NCBI GenBank assembly: GCA_050014335.1
Contig: JBEKDN010000001.1
Coordinates: 1,980-65,979 of the forward strand
Direction: 5' to 3'
Length of the DNA: 64,000 nucleotides
Origin: Terracidiphilus sp.
Lineage (GTDB): Bacteria; Acidobacteriota; Terriglobia; Terriglobales; Acidobacteriaceae
Shown piece after piece: positions 26,872-35,596 of this stretch. The notes below the pieces were generated by a model. That model searched no databases, had not been told where the DNA came from, and worked only from the letters and a program-made list of their open reading frames with translations. Positions within the stretch are counted from its first letter, which is position 1. The number at the start of each line of letters is the position of its first letter. Both the position numbers and the translations under genes were made by a program.

Positions 26872-28476
26872 CTACTCTGGAAGCACTTCAATCCCCGTCA
26901 CCGTTGCGTATCCGTTTACTGGAACAAAGCTCAGCAGAAGCTTGCCTTGCGCATTCGCCTCCAGTCCGGCAAATCTCCGCATCGCAACGTCGCCCTGGCG
27001 CACTTCCTGCGCAAGATTGAAGTTCTTCAGCAGCACACTGCCATTGCAGTAGACATCAAAGATGTGCGCGACCGCATTCCCCTCACCATCGGAAGAGGAC
27101 TGATCCCAATCGCCGTGACGCACCGCAAAGTAAAGCGTCACTGTATATCTTCCCTGCGTAACCGGGATAGCGTAAGAAAAATTTCCCCAGCGCTCGCTCT
27201 CATAGAGTTCCGCGTCGTCGGTCCCTTTCACCTCGGATGTATAAGTAGCCAATTGCCCGCCCGCAAAGTAGTTATCCGGACTCCACCAATGGCTGTCATT
27301 CGAGTAATACGGCGTTTCACGCGTCAACACTCGCACCGGGCGTATGTGCCCCCTGAATCCCGGCAGAATCTCGATCGCGGAAAGGATCGCCTGCCTCCCT
27401 GCCTCGCCGGTAAACTCCAGATGCAGCATCCCATCCGCCGCCGGCTGAATCCCCGTAAAGACCTTCACATCGGCCGTGCCGCTGGCACCCGCATCGGCCA
27501 CCAAGTCGAATCGGCTCAATAGCATCTTGCCGTTCGCCCGCACCGTCATCAGCCTGCTGCCTTCGCCGTCCCCACCCGACGACTCAGGACCATAGACCGT
27601 TTCTGCAAACTGCAAGTGCAATTCGTAAATACCCTTTTTCAGCGGAATGTTGTACTTGAAGGCTCCTTGCCGGCTACTCCGATAGAAGTCCGGATTCTGG
27701 GTTCGTCCAATCTTTTCAAGGGAACTCCTCACCGCCGTGCCGCCCTCAAACCACGCATCGGCGTTCCATAGCTTACCCGCATGATCCACCAGGCTTCTGC
27801 TTGAACCTGCCAGGATGCGTATCTCTTCTCCAACCGGGGGTCCAAGCTGCGTCTCAGTCTGCGGCGTGGTTGTTTCGTTCATCCCTCCTGCCGTTGGAAC
27901 CTGCATCCGGTGGCGCAGTAACAGCCAGGCAAAACCAGAAATGAGAATCAACACACCAACCGCGCCAGCAAGCCGCCATTGATTGCGGCGGGACAATTGA
28001 GACCAGCGCACCCCGGCCTTCTTCGGATGGTCCGACACAGCCACAGCCGGCGGCAGCGCTGCAACCACTTCAATCCCTTCCCCGATCCGAGAAGCCGCCG
28101 TGAACTCCGGAACATATTGTCCCAGCGGGATCGTGATCCGCAGCCGATGCTCCGCTCCTTCACCGGTGTAATAAGCTGCCAGCCGCTTGCGCAAGCGGTT
28201 GGCTTCAACCCGCACAATCGAATCCGAATCCTGATCGAAGGATGCGCCGCGATGGAATACCTCCACGCCGACCGAGTACTCCTTGATCTGTCGCGCCTCG
28301 CCGGCAAAGAGCTTTTCGCAGAGATAGCGCAAGAGATTTGCCATGGTTGGCGCGCGCTTGAAGAGCTCGGAACGCAGCACCGTCTCCATCTCCTCGCGCT
28401 GTGCCTCCATCTCGGCTGTCTCTCGGCTCTCAATCGCCATTGATTCCATCCCCGGAATGATTGTAATAGTAGGCAT
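26872..28476 (-). CDS. membrane-anchored protein with an N-terminal OmpR/CadC-like winged-helix region, one TM helix and two extracytoplasmic malectin-like domains
   Basis: N-terminus LLRYLCEKLFAGEARQIKEYSVGVEVFHRGASFDQDSDSIVRVEANRLRKRLAAYY...IPLGQYVPEF. TM helix WRLAGAVGVLILISGFAWLLL. Two repeats follow with W..D..F.GG ... LY.S.R.G.F.Y.IP...G.Y.L.L.FAE. Confidence 0.7.
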   Translation of the reverse strand: MPTITIIPGMESMAIESRETAEMEAQREEMETVLRSELFKRAPTMANLLRYLCEKLFAGEARQIKEYSVGVEVFHRGASFDQDSDSIVRVEANRLRKRLAAYYTGEGAEHRLRITIPLGQYVPEFTAASRIGEGIEVVAALPPAVAVSDHPKKAGVRWSQLSRRNQWRLAGAVGVLILISGFAWLLLRHRMQVPTAGGMNETTTPQTETQLGPPVGEEIRILAGSSRSLVDHAGKLWNADAWFEGGTAVRSSLEKIGRTQNPDFYRSSRQGAFKYNIPLKKGIYELHLQFAETVYGPESSGGDGEGSRLMTVRANGKMLLSRFDLVADAGASGTADVKVFTGIQPAADGMLHLEFTGEAGRQAILSAIEILPGFRGHIRPVRVLTRETPYYSNDSHWWSPDNYFAGGQLATYTSEVKGTDDAELYESERWGNFSYAIPVTQGRYTVTLYFAVRHGDWDQSSSDGEGNAVAHIFDVYCNGSVLLKNFNLAQEVRQGDVAMRRFAGLEANAQGKLLLSFVPVNGYATVTGIEVLPE

Positions 28477-28540
28477 CCTCGATTGTTTGGCTAGCCCTTA
28501 ACGGTGTAGTCAACGCGAAAAACTGGCCTGTAACGGCATG

Positions 28541-28558
28541 TAACCCCTCCTGCTTCCT
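28541..28558 (-). promoter_or_regulatory. candidate sigma-54 promoter (CCGGCACTGAGGAAGCA)
   Basis: On the minus strand, GGCAC and GCA have canonical GG-N10-GC spacing. Lies about 65-80 nt upstream of the start at 28476. Confidence 0.25.
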
Positions 28559-28786
28559 CAGTGCCGGTTAATCCTTGTTAAAACTTCTATAAACGTAAGT
28601 CTATGCAAAATAGCGACTTATGCCGCACCCCCTGAGAGTTTAACCCCACGAATCCGGTTGGTAGCAGGTATAGCGTTGCGGGTGCGTCGTCTTCGTTCTC
28701 TACTCAAATCGATGCAGGGAGCGGATCGCTGGAACCGGCTGCCGATAGCCTTCAAGCGAAATGCCCACGAGCAGGAGAGGTGACCC

Positions 28787-29545
28787 ATGAAAAGAATCAT
28801 CACAGTATTGGCGGCGAGCCTGCTATTTGGGGCAACCCCGTTTGCAGTCGCAGCTGTCGGTTCGGACACAAACAATTCCGACATGCTGCAGCGAGCCAAG
28901 TTGGCCGAGCAAAGAGGCGACCTGGCCCTTGTTCACAGCAACTACACTCAGGCGTCGGCCTATTATCAGTCCGCCGTGCGCCTCGACCGTCAAAACGCCA
29001 CGCTCTATAACAAGCTCGGGATTGCCGAACTTCAGTTGAACCAAAGGGGAGCGGCGCGCAGAAACTTCGAGCAAGCCCTAAAGTGCGACCCGCAATCCAC
29101 CGCCGCAGTCAATAACCTGGGAGCCGTGGCTCTGCGCGACAAAAAATTCTCCCTTGCGGTGGACTACTTTAAAAAGGCGCTGGCCATGGATGAGTCCACC
29201 GCCTCCACGCACGTCAATCTCGCTGAAGCATGGATCAGCCTCAAGCAGTATGACCGTGCCACCACCGAATACGCGCGCGCCCTGGAACTCGACGCGGATG
29301 TTTTCAGCGATAGTCAGGGGGGAAGCCTCATTCAGCTCAGCTCTCCCGAGCAGCGCGCCCGCGTCGACTTCTTGATTGCAAAATCCTATATGAAGCGCGG
29401 CAATCTTGAAGGCGCTCTGGATTATCTGGGCCGCGCCAAGGAGCTGCATCTCCCCGGCCTTTCCAAGGTTTACACCGATCCCGATTTCGCTCCGCTCTGG
29501 AAGGATCCCCGCTTGGCAAAAATTGTTAAGCCATCAATGAGCTAG
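28787..29545 (+). CDS. secreted tetratricopeptide-repeat protein
   Basis: Signal peptide, then repeated A..Y...(L/V)..DP....A..NLG TPR units. Confidence 0.8.
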   Translation: MKRIITVLAASLLFGATPFAVAAVGSDTNNSDMLQRAKLAEQRGDLALVHSNYTQASAYYQSAVRLDRQNATLYNKLGIAELQLNQRGAARRNFEQALKCDPQSTAAVNNLGAVALRDKKFSLAVDYFKKALAMDESTASTHVNLAEAWISLKQYDRATTEYARALELDADVFSDSQGGSLIQLSSPEQRARVDFLIAKSYMKRGNLEGALDYLGRAKELHLPGLSKVYTDPDFAPLWKDPRLAKIVKPSMS

Positions 29546-29559
29546 TCTTTCCAGTACCT

Positions 29560-29597
29560 GCCGCGCGCCGCCTTGGGAAGGCATGGCGGCGCGCGGC
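29560..29597 (+). terminator. 13-bp perfect GC hairpin after the TPR gene
   Basis: GCCGCGCGCCGCC - 12-nt loop - GGCGGCGCGCGGC. No strong T-tract follows. Confidence 0.45.
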
Positions 29598-30002
29598 ACT
29601 CCTCGAACTCTTTCAAGAATCCAGCAAATAATACGGCTCCGAAAAGGCATTCTCATCGCTTCCGCCAGCAGAGTCATCGGACCCGAATCCATACTCTCCG
29701 CATATCACTCGACGAAGTAAGTCAACCACAGAAGTGAATGGAGACTTCATGAAAGCCTATATCATCTTTGCTGGATTCTTCTTTTTCTGTTTACCCCTGC
29801 CGTTAACTTGCAAGCTCCGGCGCTGGTCTCAATCAATAACGTCCCATCAGAAATTAGCGGCGTGGATAAGTCTCCGTGGCCAGCTCCGGGGGCTAGTTGT
29901 CTTTGGACCCGATCCGCGCTTTAACCAAGACCGAGCGGCAGGTGGCGCAACTCCAAAAAGTGGTTCCCGGTACAGCACTATAGTTGGAAATACAATAGGC
30001 GC

Positions 30003-31175
30003 TCAAGAGGATTCTTTGACCTTCCCAAGCGCCCACCGAGCCGCCACGCGAAGCCCCTCATCCGCAACTTCAGACCAAGCTTCCAACCGAGCCGCGAACC
30101 GTCGTTGCCCACTGTTTCCCATCGCAACAGCCACATTTCGGCGCAGCCCCAAAAAGCCCGTCCTGCGCACCGGCGACCCATTGAATTGCCGCTCGAACTC
30201 CGCCTCGTCCATCGCCGCCAGCCAATCCAGCGCCGGGTTCACCAGCTCCGTCCGCGCTTCCAACTCCGCATCGTTGCCGATCGGCGCCTTGCGGTTCCAT
30301 GGGCAAACATCCTGGCAAATGTCGCAGCCAAAAACCTGCCTCCCTGTGCCTTCCATCAGCTCCGGCGCAATCGCTCCGCGGTGCTCGATCGTCAGGTAGG
30401 CAATGCAGCGCGCCGCATCCATCTGATAAGGCGCAATCAGAGCACCGGTCGGGCAAGCTTCCAAACACCGTCGGCAACTGCCGCAGCGATCCGGTTGCAG
30501 TGCAGCACGTGTGGCTTCCGTTTCAATCTCAATTGACGTCAGCAAAACTGCCAGAAATCCGTAGGAGCCCAGCTTCGGATGGATCAGGCAGGTATTCTTT
30601 CCCGTCCATCCCAACCCCGCCGCCTCCGCCAGCGCCCGCTCCACCACAGGTCCGGTATCCACAAATGCCCGCGCCTCAAAATTCCCAAGCTGCTCGTGAA
30701 GCCGCACCTGCAACGCCTTCATTCGCTTCAGCAGAACTTTGTGGTAGTCGGATGGCCGCCGCACACCGAGCGCATCCACTTTGCTCGACCACGCATAGCG
30801 AGCAATCCATCCAGCGCCTTCATTGGCCATGTCGGTCGAGCGCGGCTGCGGGCTGTTGTAATTGGCCCAGCAGACCACGGCGGACCGCGCCCACGGAAAC
30901 GGAATCTCCGTCCGCGACCGCAGCAGCCGCGGCTCAGGCACTGCCGCTCCCTCAGTATCTGGCTCTCCGCGCTTCAGGTAGCTCATCGTGCCCGCGCGCC
31001 CCGCCCGCACCCACTCTTCAAAGCGCCTCGCGTCTCGCTCCTGGTTCCCGTGAGGCAGCGCCACTACCCCCGCCTCCGTAAATCCGGCCTCCAGAGCCAG
31101 TTCGCGCGCCCGCGCTGGGGTCATGCCCCAGCTGGAAACAGCGGTTATTTCGAGTTTGAGCGTGGGGTTATCCAA
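30003..31175 (-). CDS. queG: epoxyqueuosine reductase
   Basis: Two 4Fe-4S motifs (CGSCRRCLEACPTGAL and CDICQDVCPWN) and a C-terminal HEAT-like tail. Confidence 0.88.
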   Translation of the reverse strand: MDNPTLKLEITAVSSWGMTPARARELALEAGFTEAGVVALPHGNQERDARRFEEWVRAGRAGTMSYLKRGEPDTEGAAVPEPRLLRSRTEIPFPWARSAVVCWANYNSPQPRSTDMANEGAGWIARYAWSSKVDALGVRRPSDYHKVLLKRMKALQVRLHEQLGNFEARAFVDTGPVVERALAEAAGLGWTGKNTCLIHPKLGSYGFLAVLLTSIEIETEATRAALQPDRCGSCRRCLEACPTGALIAPYQMDAARCIAYLTIEHRGAIAPELMEGTGRQVFGCDICQDVCPWNRKAPIGNDAELEARTELVNPALDWLAAMDEAEFERQFNGSPVRRTGFLGLRRNVAVAMGNSGQRRFAARLEAWSEVADEGLRVAARWALGKVKESS

Positions 31176-31359
31176 GTTTCAATTCTCCATCACAAAGCAC
31201 AACATCAAGGATTTTTTTAGAAATCCCGCCAGCAAGCTTTCCTATTCGCCAACAATACGCCGATTTGGCTTTTCGCTGCCCGCATCGCCGGTGGGATACT
31301 AAACTGGAATCAGCCGTGGTTAAAGTGAGCAACCAGATTTCCGTGGGAGAGCCCGAGTC

Positions 31360-32127
31360 ATGATTCATCGACCCTTCGTGAATTTCTTTCAGGTAGCTTC
31401 GCTGGTCATGCTGCTCGTGGCTGTGGCGCTGCTGGCGGCCATCGCCACGATGCACTTTGCCATTCACGGTGCGGAGGTGCAGGTACCCGCGCTCAAGGAT
31501 ATGACGGTCTCCGAGGCGCGCAGCCACACTTCTGGACTGGGTCTCGACCTGGACGTTGACAACCGCTACTACTCCTCCGACGTGGCCGCCGGACATATTC
31601 TTTCGCAGTCGCCTGCGCCGGGCACTGTGGTGCGGCGAGAGTGGCGGGTACGCGTGGCGGAAAGCCTGGGGCCGCAAAAGGTTGAAGTGCCTGAGACGGT
31701 AGGCCAGGATGAGCGTGTGGCTGCATTGCGGCTGAGGCGCGTTGGCCTGGAAGTGGGGGTGACGGCGCGAATTCCCTGGACGGGAGCGGCCGAAGGAACC
31801 GTTCTGGCTCAGGATCCCCCAGCGCACGCTCAGGGCATTGCTCAACCCAGCATCAACCTGCTGGTAGCCGCCGCCAGCACCGATGCGCCTGACGCCTTTG
31901 TTATGCCTGACCTGAACGGCCTTCCGGTGGTTGCCGCGCAGGCCGAGTTGTCGCGGGTCGGCATCCAGTCCACGGCAAAGTTTGTCGATGTGCCCGTGGG
32001 ACCGGTGGGCAAAGCGGGAGCTGCGCCCGTGCTGCCACTGCGGCCTGGAGCGGTGATCGCGCAACAGCCGCCGCCCGGTTCGCGCGTCGAGCAGAGCGCG
32101 CAGGCCGTGCTGACAGTGGCAAAATAA
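31360..32127 (+). CDS. membrane-anchored protein made only of three PASTA domains
   Basis: N-terminal TM helix, then three units of about 65 aa each (VPALKDMTVSEARS..., VPETVGQDERVAAL..., MPDLNGLPVVAAQA...). No kinase or transpeptidase domain. Confidence 0.8.
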   Translation: MIHRPFVNFFQVASLVMLLVAVALLAAIATMHFAIHGAEVQVPALKDMTVSEARSHTSGLGLDLDVDNRYYSSDVAAGHILSQSPAPGTVVRREWRVRVAESLGPQKVEVPETVGQDERVAALRLRRVGLEVGVTARIPWTGAAEGTVLAQDPPAHAQGIAQPSINLLVAAASTDAPDAFVMPDLNGLPVVAAQAELSRVGIQSTAKFVDVPVGPVGKAGAAPVLPLRPGAVIAQQPPPGSRVEQSAQAVLTVAK

Positions 32128-32147
32128 CGAACCGGCACCCAGACTTT

Positions 32148-33569
32148 TCAGGCGTTTCGTTCGACCATGCAGATAAAGAAACCGTCTGTGTGGAACCTTC
32201 CCGGAAGCAAGCGCAAATACCCCTCCGGCGTGAGGGAACCATGCAGCCCCTCCGCGCCGTCCCGCGTAAGAACTCCCTCGCCGAGCAATTCCCCAATGCG
32301 AGTTTCAAGCGAAACCACACGTGCATCCGGAGTTACAGCAAGCACTGCCGCGACCACGTGCTCGTTCTCCTCGGGCTCCAGCGAACAAGTCGAGTAGACG
32401 ACACACCCGCCCGGACGGACAGTCCGCACCGCCGCGCCGAGAATCGCCCGCTGCCGCGCGGCTTGTCGCGCCAGGTCTTCCGCCCGGAGCCGGTGACGAA
32501 TCTCCGGGTTTCGGCCCAGCGTCCCAGTGCCGCTGCACGGCACATCGGCCAATGCAAGGTCGAATATCGATTCTTCTCTAAGCTCAGTTGCGTCGGCAAG
32601 CCGGCACTCCACTCTGTTGCCAAGATGCGTCAGCCTCTTCCGCAACTGCTCCAGCCTCGGTGCGCTGGCTTCAAGCGCAAGGATGTGTGCCTGCGGGTTG
32701 CGCTCTGCAAGGATCAGCGTCTTTCCACCAGGAGCCGCACACGCATCGAGAATTCTCTTTACCTTTTGTTCGAGATTCTGGTGTGATCGTCCAGCCAGCT
32801 CAGCTACCAGTTGTGAGCCTTCGTCTTGAAACCGCACCCGTCCCTCGCGGTAGGCTTCAGTCGCAGCGACGTCTCCAGCAACCACCGATCTCGCGGCGGT
32901 CAGTAATGCGCCAGCTTCGAGGACAATCCCTTCCACGGCGAGCTCGTCCGCTACTTCGCGGTTGGCGAGTCTCACCATAAGCACCGGCTGCTTCTGGCCA
33001 TAAGAACAGATAGACTGCGCGGTATTCACGCCGTAGAAGCCAATCCAGCGCTCAACCATCCAAGTTGGATAAGCTTCCAGCTCGCCTGTAGAGCTTATTT
33101 CTAAACCACGCTGTTCTTCAGTTGTCTGAGCCTTTGCCAGCTTCCGCAGCACGGCATTCACCATGCCGGATGCGAATCTATGACCGGCCTGCTTGGCCAA
33201 TTCCACGCTTTCGTCAATGGCGGCGCGCGCCGGAATGCGATCCATGTACAGAATCTGAAAGGCGCCCATGCGCAGCGAAATCAGAATCTCAGCATCGAGC
33301 TTGGCGTTGGGGTGGTCAAGAAGAGTTTGCAGTTGGCGATCAAGCTGAATCTGCCAGCGCAGCACGCCCAGCACCAGCGCGGTTGCCAGGTTGCGGTCGG
33401 CAGCCGCAAGTGCATTGACGGCCTGGCCGCGCAGCAGATCGTCGGAGTGCGATTGCCCACGTTCGACAGCAAGCAGAATCTGAAATGCCACCTTGCGCGA
33501 CCGGGATAATTCCGTCTTGCGATTCTTCGGCGCGGTTTTTTTTGCGCTTGCCTTCTTCACAGCGCTCAT
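32148..33569 (-). CDS. rsmB: 16S rRNA (cytosine-C5)-methyltransferase RsmB/Sun
   Basis: NusB-like N-terminus, DACAAPGGKT SAM motif, DVPCSGTG and STCSLEPEENE catalytic cysteines. Confidence 0.9.
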   Translation of the reverse strand: MSAVKKASAKKTAPKNRKTELSRSRKVAFQILLAVERGQSHSDDLLRGQAVNALAAADRNLATALVLGVLRWQIQLDRQLQTLLDHPNAKLDAEILISLRMGAFQILYMDRIPARAAIDESVELAKQAGHRFASGMVNAVLRKLAKAQTTEEQRGLEISSTGELEAYPTWMVERWIGFYGVNTAQSICSYGQKQPVLMVRLANREVADELAVEGIVLEAGALLTAARSVVAGDVAATEAYREGRVRFQDEGSQLVAELAGRSHQNLEQKVKRILDACAAPGGKTLILAERNPQAHILALEASAPRLEQLRKRLTHLGNRVECRLADATELREESIFDLALADVPCSGTGTLGRNPEIRHRLRAEDLARQAARQRAILGAAVRTVRPGGCVVYSTCSLEPEENEHVVAAVLAVTPDARVVSLETRIGELLGEGVLTRDGAEGLHGSLTPEGYLRLLPGRFHTDGFFICMVERNA

Positions 33570-34528
33570 GGCGTCCCGATTCCCAGCCGCGCGCCGTCGC
33601 TCAGCACATTTCCGCGCAAAAACTCGGCTGCGGTAAGCCGCTTCTTTCCTTCCAGTTGAAGCTCAATTAGCTCAAGCCAACTCTCACCGGCACAGGCAAC
33701 AAAGAGCCGGTGATCTTCCATATGAATCTGGCCCGGCTCTGCCGCAACTGGGATCGCAAAGGTCGAAGCGTCGGCAACCGCTAGCCGGTGAGCGATCAGT
33801 TTTTTTCCGTTGAGAGTCGTAAAAGCTCCTGGCCAAGACTGAAAGCCGCGCCAGCGATTCCGCAGTTCCTTCGCCGTGCGCGCCGCAAAATCCATGCGCC
33901 CGTCCTCGCGTGTTAGTAGCGGAGCTAAAGTGGCTCCTTCAGAGTTCTGCGGCCGTGGCTGAAGGCTTCCGCCTTTCAGGCCCTCAAGCGTCTTGAGAAC
34001 CAGCGGCGCGCCACCAACCGCTAACTCATCAAAGAGCTGCGCCGCACTCAAGTCCGGTGCGATGGCGAAGGCTCGCTGCAGCAGGATCGGCCCAGTGTCC
34101 AAGCCCTCATCCAGCAGCATCGTAGTGTTGCCTGTGACAATATCCCCATTGGCCAGCGCCCATTGAATCGGCGCGGCCCCGCGATAGCGCGGCAGTAGAC
34201 TGGCGTGAAGATTGATGCACCCCAGTCGCGGCAGAGCTAGCATCCAGGGAGGAATCAGACGTCCATATGCCACCACTACGATGGCGTCGGGCGCAATCGC
34301 TTCCAGTTGCGCGCGGAACTCTGGGTTGGTGCGAATCTTCTCCGGCTGCGTCACGGTCAGGCCTGCTGCCAGCGCGGCTTGCTTCACCGGTGGAGCGGCA
34401 AGCTGCTGATCGCGTCCCACCGGCCGATCCGGCTGAGAGACGACGAGCGCAACTTCGTGCTCAGCCTCGCGCAAGGCTTCGAGAGTGGGCACGGCAAAGC
34501 GTGGAGTTCCGCAAAAGACCAGCTTCAT
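33566..34528 (-). CDS. fmt: methionyl-tRNA formyltransferase
   Basis: MKLVFCGTPRFAVP..., and HASLLPRYRGAAPIQWA. Confidence 0.93.
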   Translation of the reverse strand: MKLVFCGTPRFAVPTLEALREAEHEVALVVSQPDRPVGRDQQLAAPPVKQAALAAGLTVTQPEKIRTNPEFRAQLEAIAPDAIVVVAYGRLIPPWMLALPRLGCINLHASLLPRYRGAAPIQWALANGDIVTGNTTMLLDEGLDTGPILLQRAFAIAPDLSAAQLFDELAVGGAPLVLKTLEGLKGGSLQPRPQNSEGATLAPLLTREDGRMDFAARTAKELRNRWRGFQSWPGAFTTLNGKKLIAHRLAVADASTFAIPVAAEPGQIHMEDHRLFVACAGESWLELIELQLEGKKRLTAAEFLRGNVLSDGARLGIGTP

Positions 34529-34532
34529 GCCC

Positions 34533-35042
34533 TTACCACACGCCGTCGCGCTGCATCTTGCGAATCTTGCGCAGCGCCAACTCGCGTTTCAGGGCACTCA
34601 TGCGGAAGATGAACAGCATTCCGTCCACGTGGTCGATCTCATGCTGAAGGCAGCGCGCCAGCAGATCGTCGCCGTCCTTCTCGAACCATTTACCCGTCTC
34701 GTCCTGCGCGCGCACGCGCACCTGGGCCTTGCGAACCACCTTCTCGCGGATCTCCGGGAAGCTCAAGCAGCCTTCCTCTTCATAGAGCTTGCCCGCGCTC
34801 GATACGATCTCCGGATTGATGAGCACCAATTTCTCTTTTGGATTCTTGCCCATGCTAAGGTCGATGACCGTCAAGCGCTTGGAAACATTCACTTGCGGCG
34901 CCGCCAGTCCAATGCCCTTTTCGGCATAGGTGGTCTCGAACATGTCGTCGACAAGCTTGCGCAGCGCCGCATCGAATTCGGTGATAGGTTCACCGGGCCG
35001 CGAGAGGACGGGATCGGGATATTTGACAATCTTCAGAATCAT
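34533..35042 (-). CDS. def: peptide deformylase
   Basis: ATG 35042 gives MILKIVKYPDPVL. Contains GIGLAAPQV, EGCLSFP and QHEIDHVDG motifs. The start overlaps the stop of the upstream HEPN-like gene (ATGA). Confidence 0.93.
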   Translation of the reverse strand: MILKIVKYPDPVLSRPGEPITEFDAALRKLVDDMFETTYAEKGIGLAAPQVNVSKRLTVIDLSMGKNPKEKLVLINPEIVSSAGKLYEEEGCLSFPEIREKVVRKAQVRVRAQDETGKWFEKDGDDLLARCLQHEIDHVDGMLFIFRMSALKRELALRKIRKMQRDGVW

Positions 35043-35596
35043 TTGGGTATTGAAGACACTCCAAGTTGATCGGGCTGCTTTGCCCACTTATTGCCGAAAA
35101 TGACTGTTGCCAAAAACAGCTTTGCTTCGCCGGTAAATTGCGCGCGGTTCCAAGCATCAATAAGCAGCTTGGCTTTATCTACGCTCTCAGATGCCCAAGA
35201 TAGGCCTACCTTGCCATCCGCATCTACGACATCATAATCGGCAAGATGCCGCTCATCCTGCAACTCTTCGAAAATATCGGCAATCGTTGCGAGGTCAGGC
35301 GAATATGCGCAAGGTACAGCGACTTCTTCTGACAATCTTTTCACGCTATCAGGGGTGAGAAATCGAGCCATCGCATTCTTCATCGCGCGATGCTCCAGCG
35401 CCCTTTGCGACCTGCCGCGCAATCCATCTGGTTCCTGCGGACTCACCTGTTCCGCAACAGCCGCTGCAATCAAATGAAACACCGCGTAATAAGAAGCCGA
35501 CACGGCTCGACGAAAGTCGACATCGATAGCATCAGCAGCAGCAAGCAACTTCGATGCGTGGCCGAGTAGGTCATCAGCTAGCGACAAGCAGGGCAC
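35039..35596 (-). CDS. HEPN-like all-helical protein
   Basis: FRRAVSASYYAVFHLIAAA helix and C-terminal LQDERHLADYD helix, as in PF05168-type HEPN. RSQRALEH fits Rx4-6H. GTG 35596 or TTG 35587 as start. Low G+C. Confidence 0.5.
   Translation of the reverse strand: MPCLSLADDLLGHASKLLAAADAIDVDFRRAVSASYYAVFHLIAAAVAEQVSPQEPDGLRGRSQRALEHRAMKNAMARFLTPDSVKRLSEEVAVPCAYSPDLATIADIFEELQDERHLADYDVVDADGKVGLSWASESVDKAKLLIDAWNRAQFTGEAKLFLATVIFGNKWAKQPDQLGVSSIPK

Noticed and set aside
29613-29750. 45-aa minus-strand ORF (MKSPFTSVVDLLRRVICGEYGFGSDD...) in the unassigned gap
   Set aside because: It has no Shine-Dalgarno-like sequence upstream and no recognisable features. It is kept only as part of the unassigned-region note.
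29734-30399. 221-aa plus-strand ORF starting with a hydrophobic MKAYIIFAGFFFFCL segment
   Set aside because: About 400 nt of it run antisense through the 3' part of queG, and the sequence after the first 25 residues is Arg/Ser/Ala low-complexity. Only the first few codons could be real.
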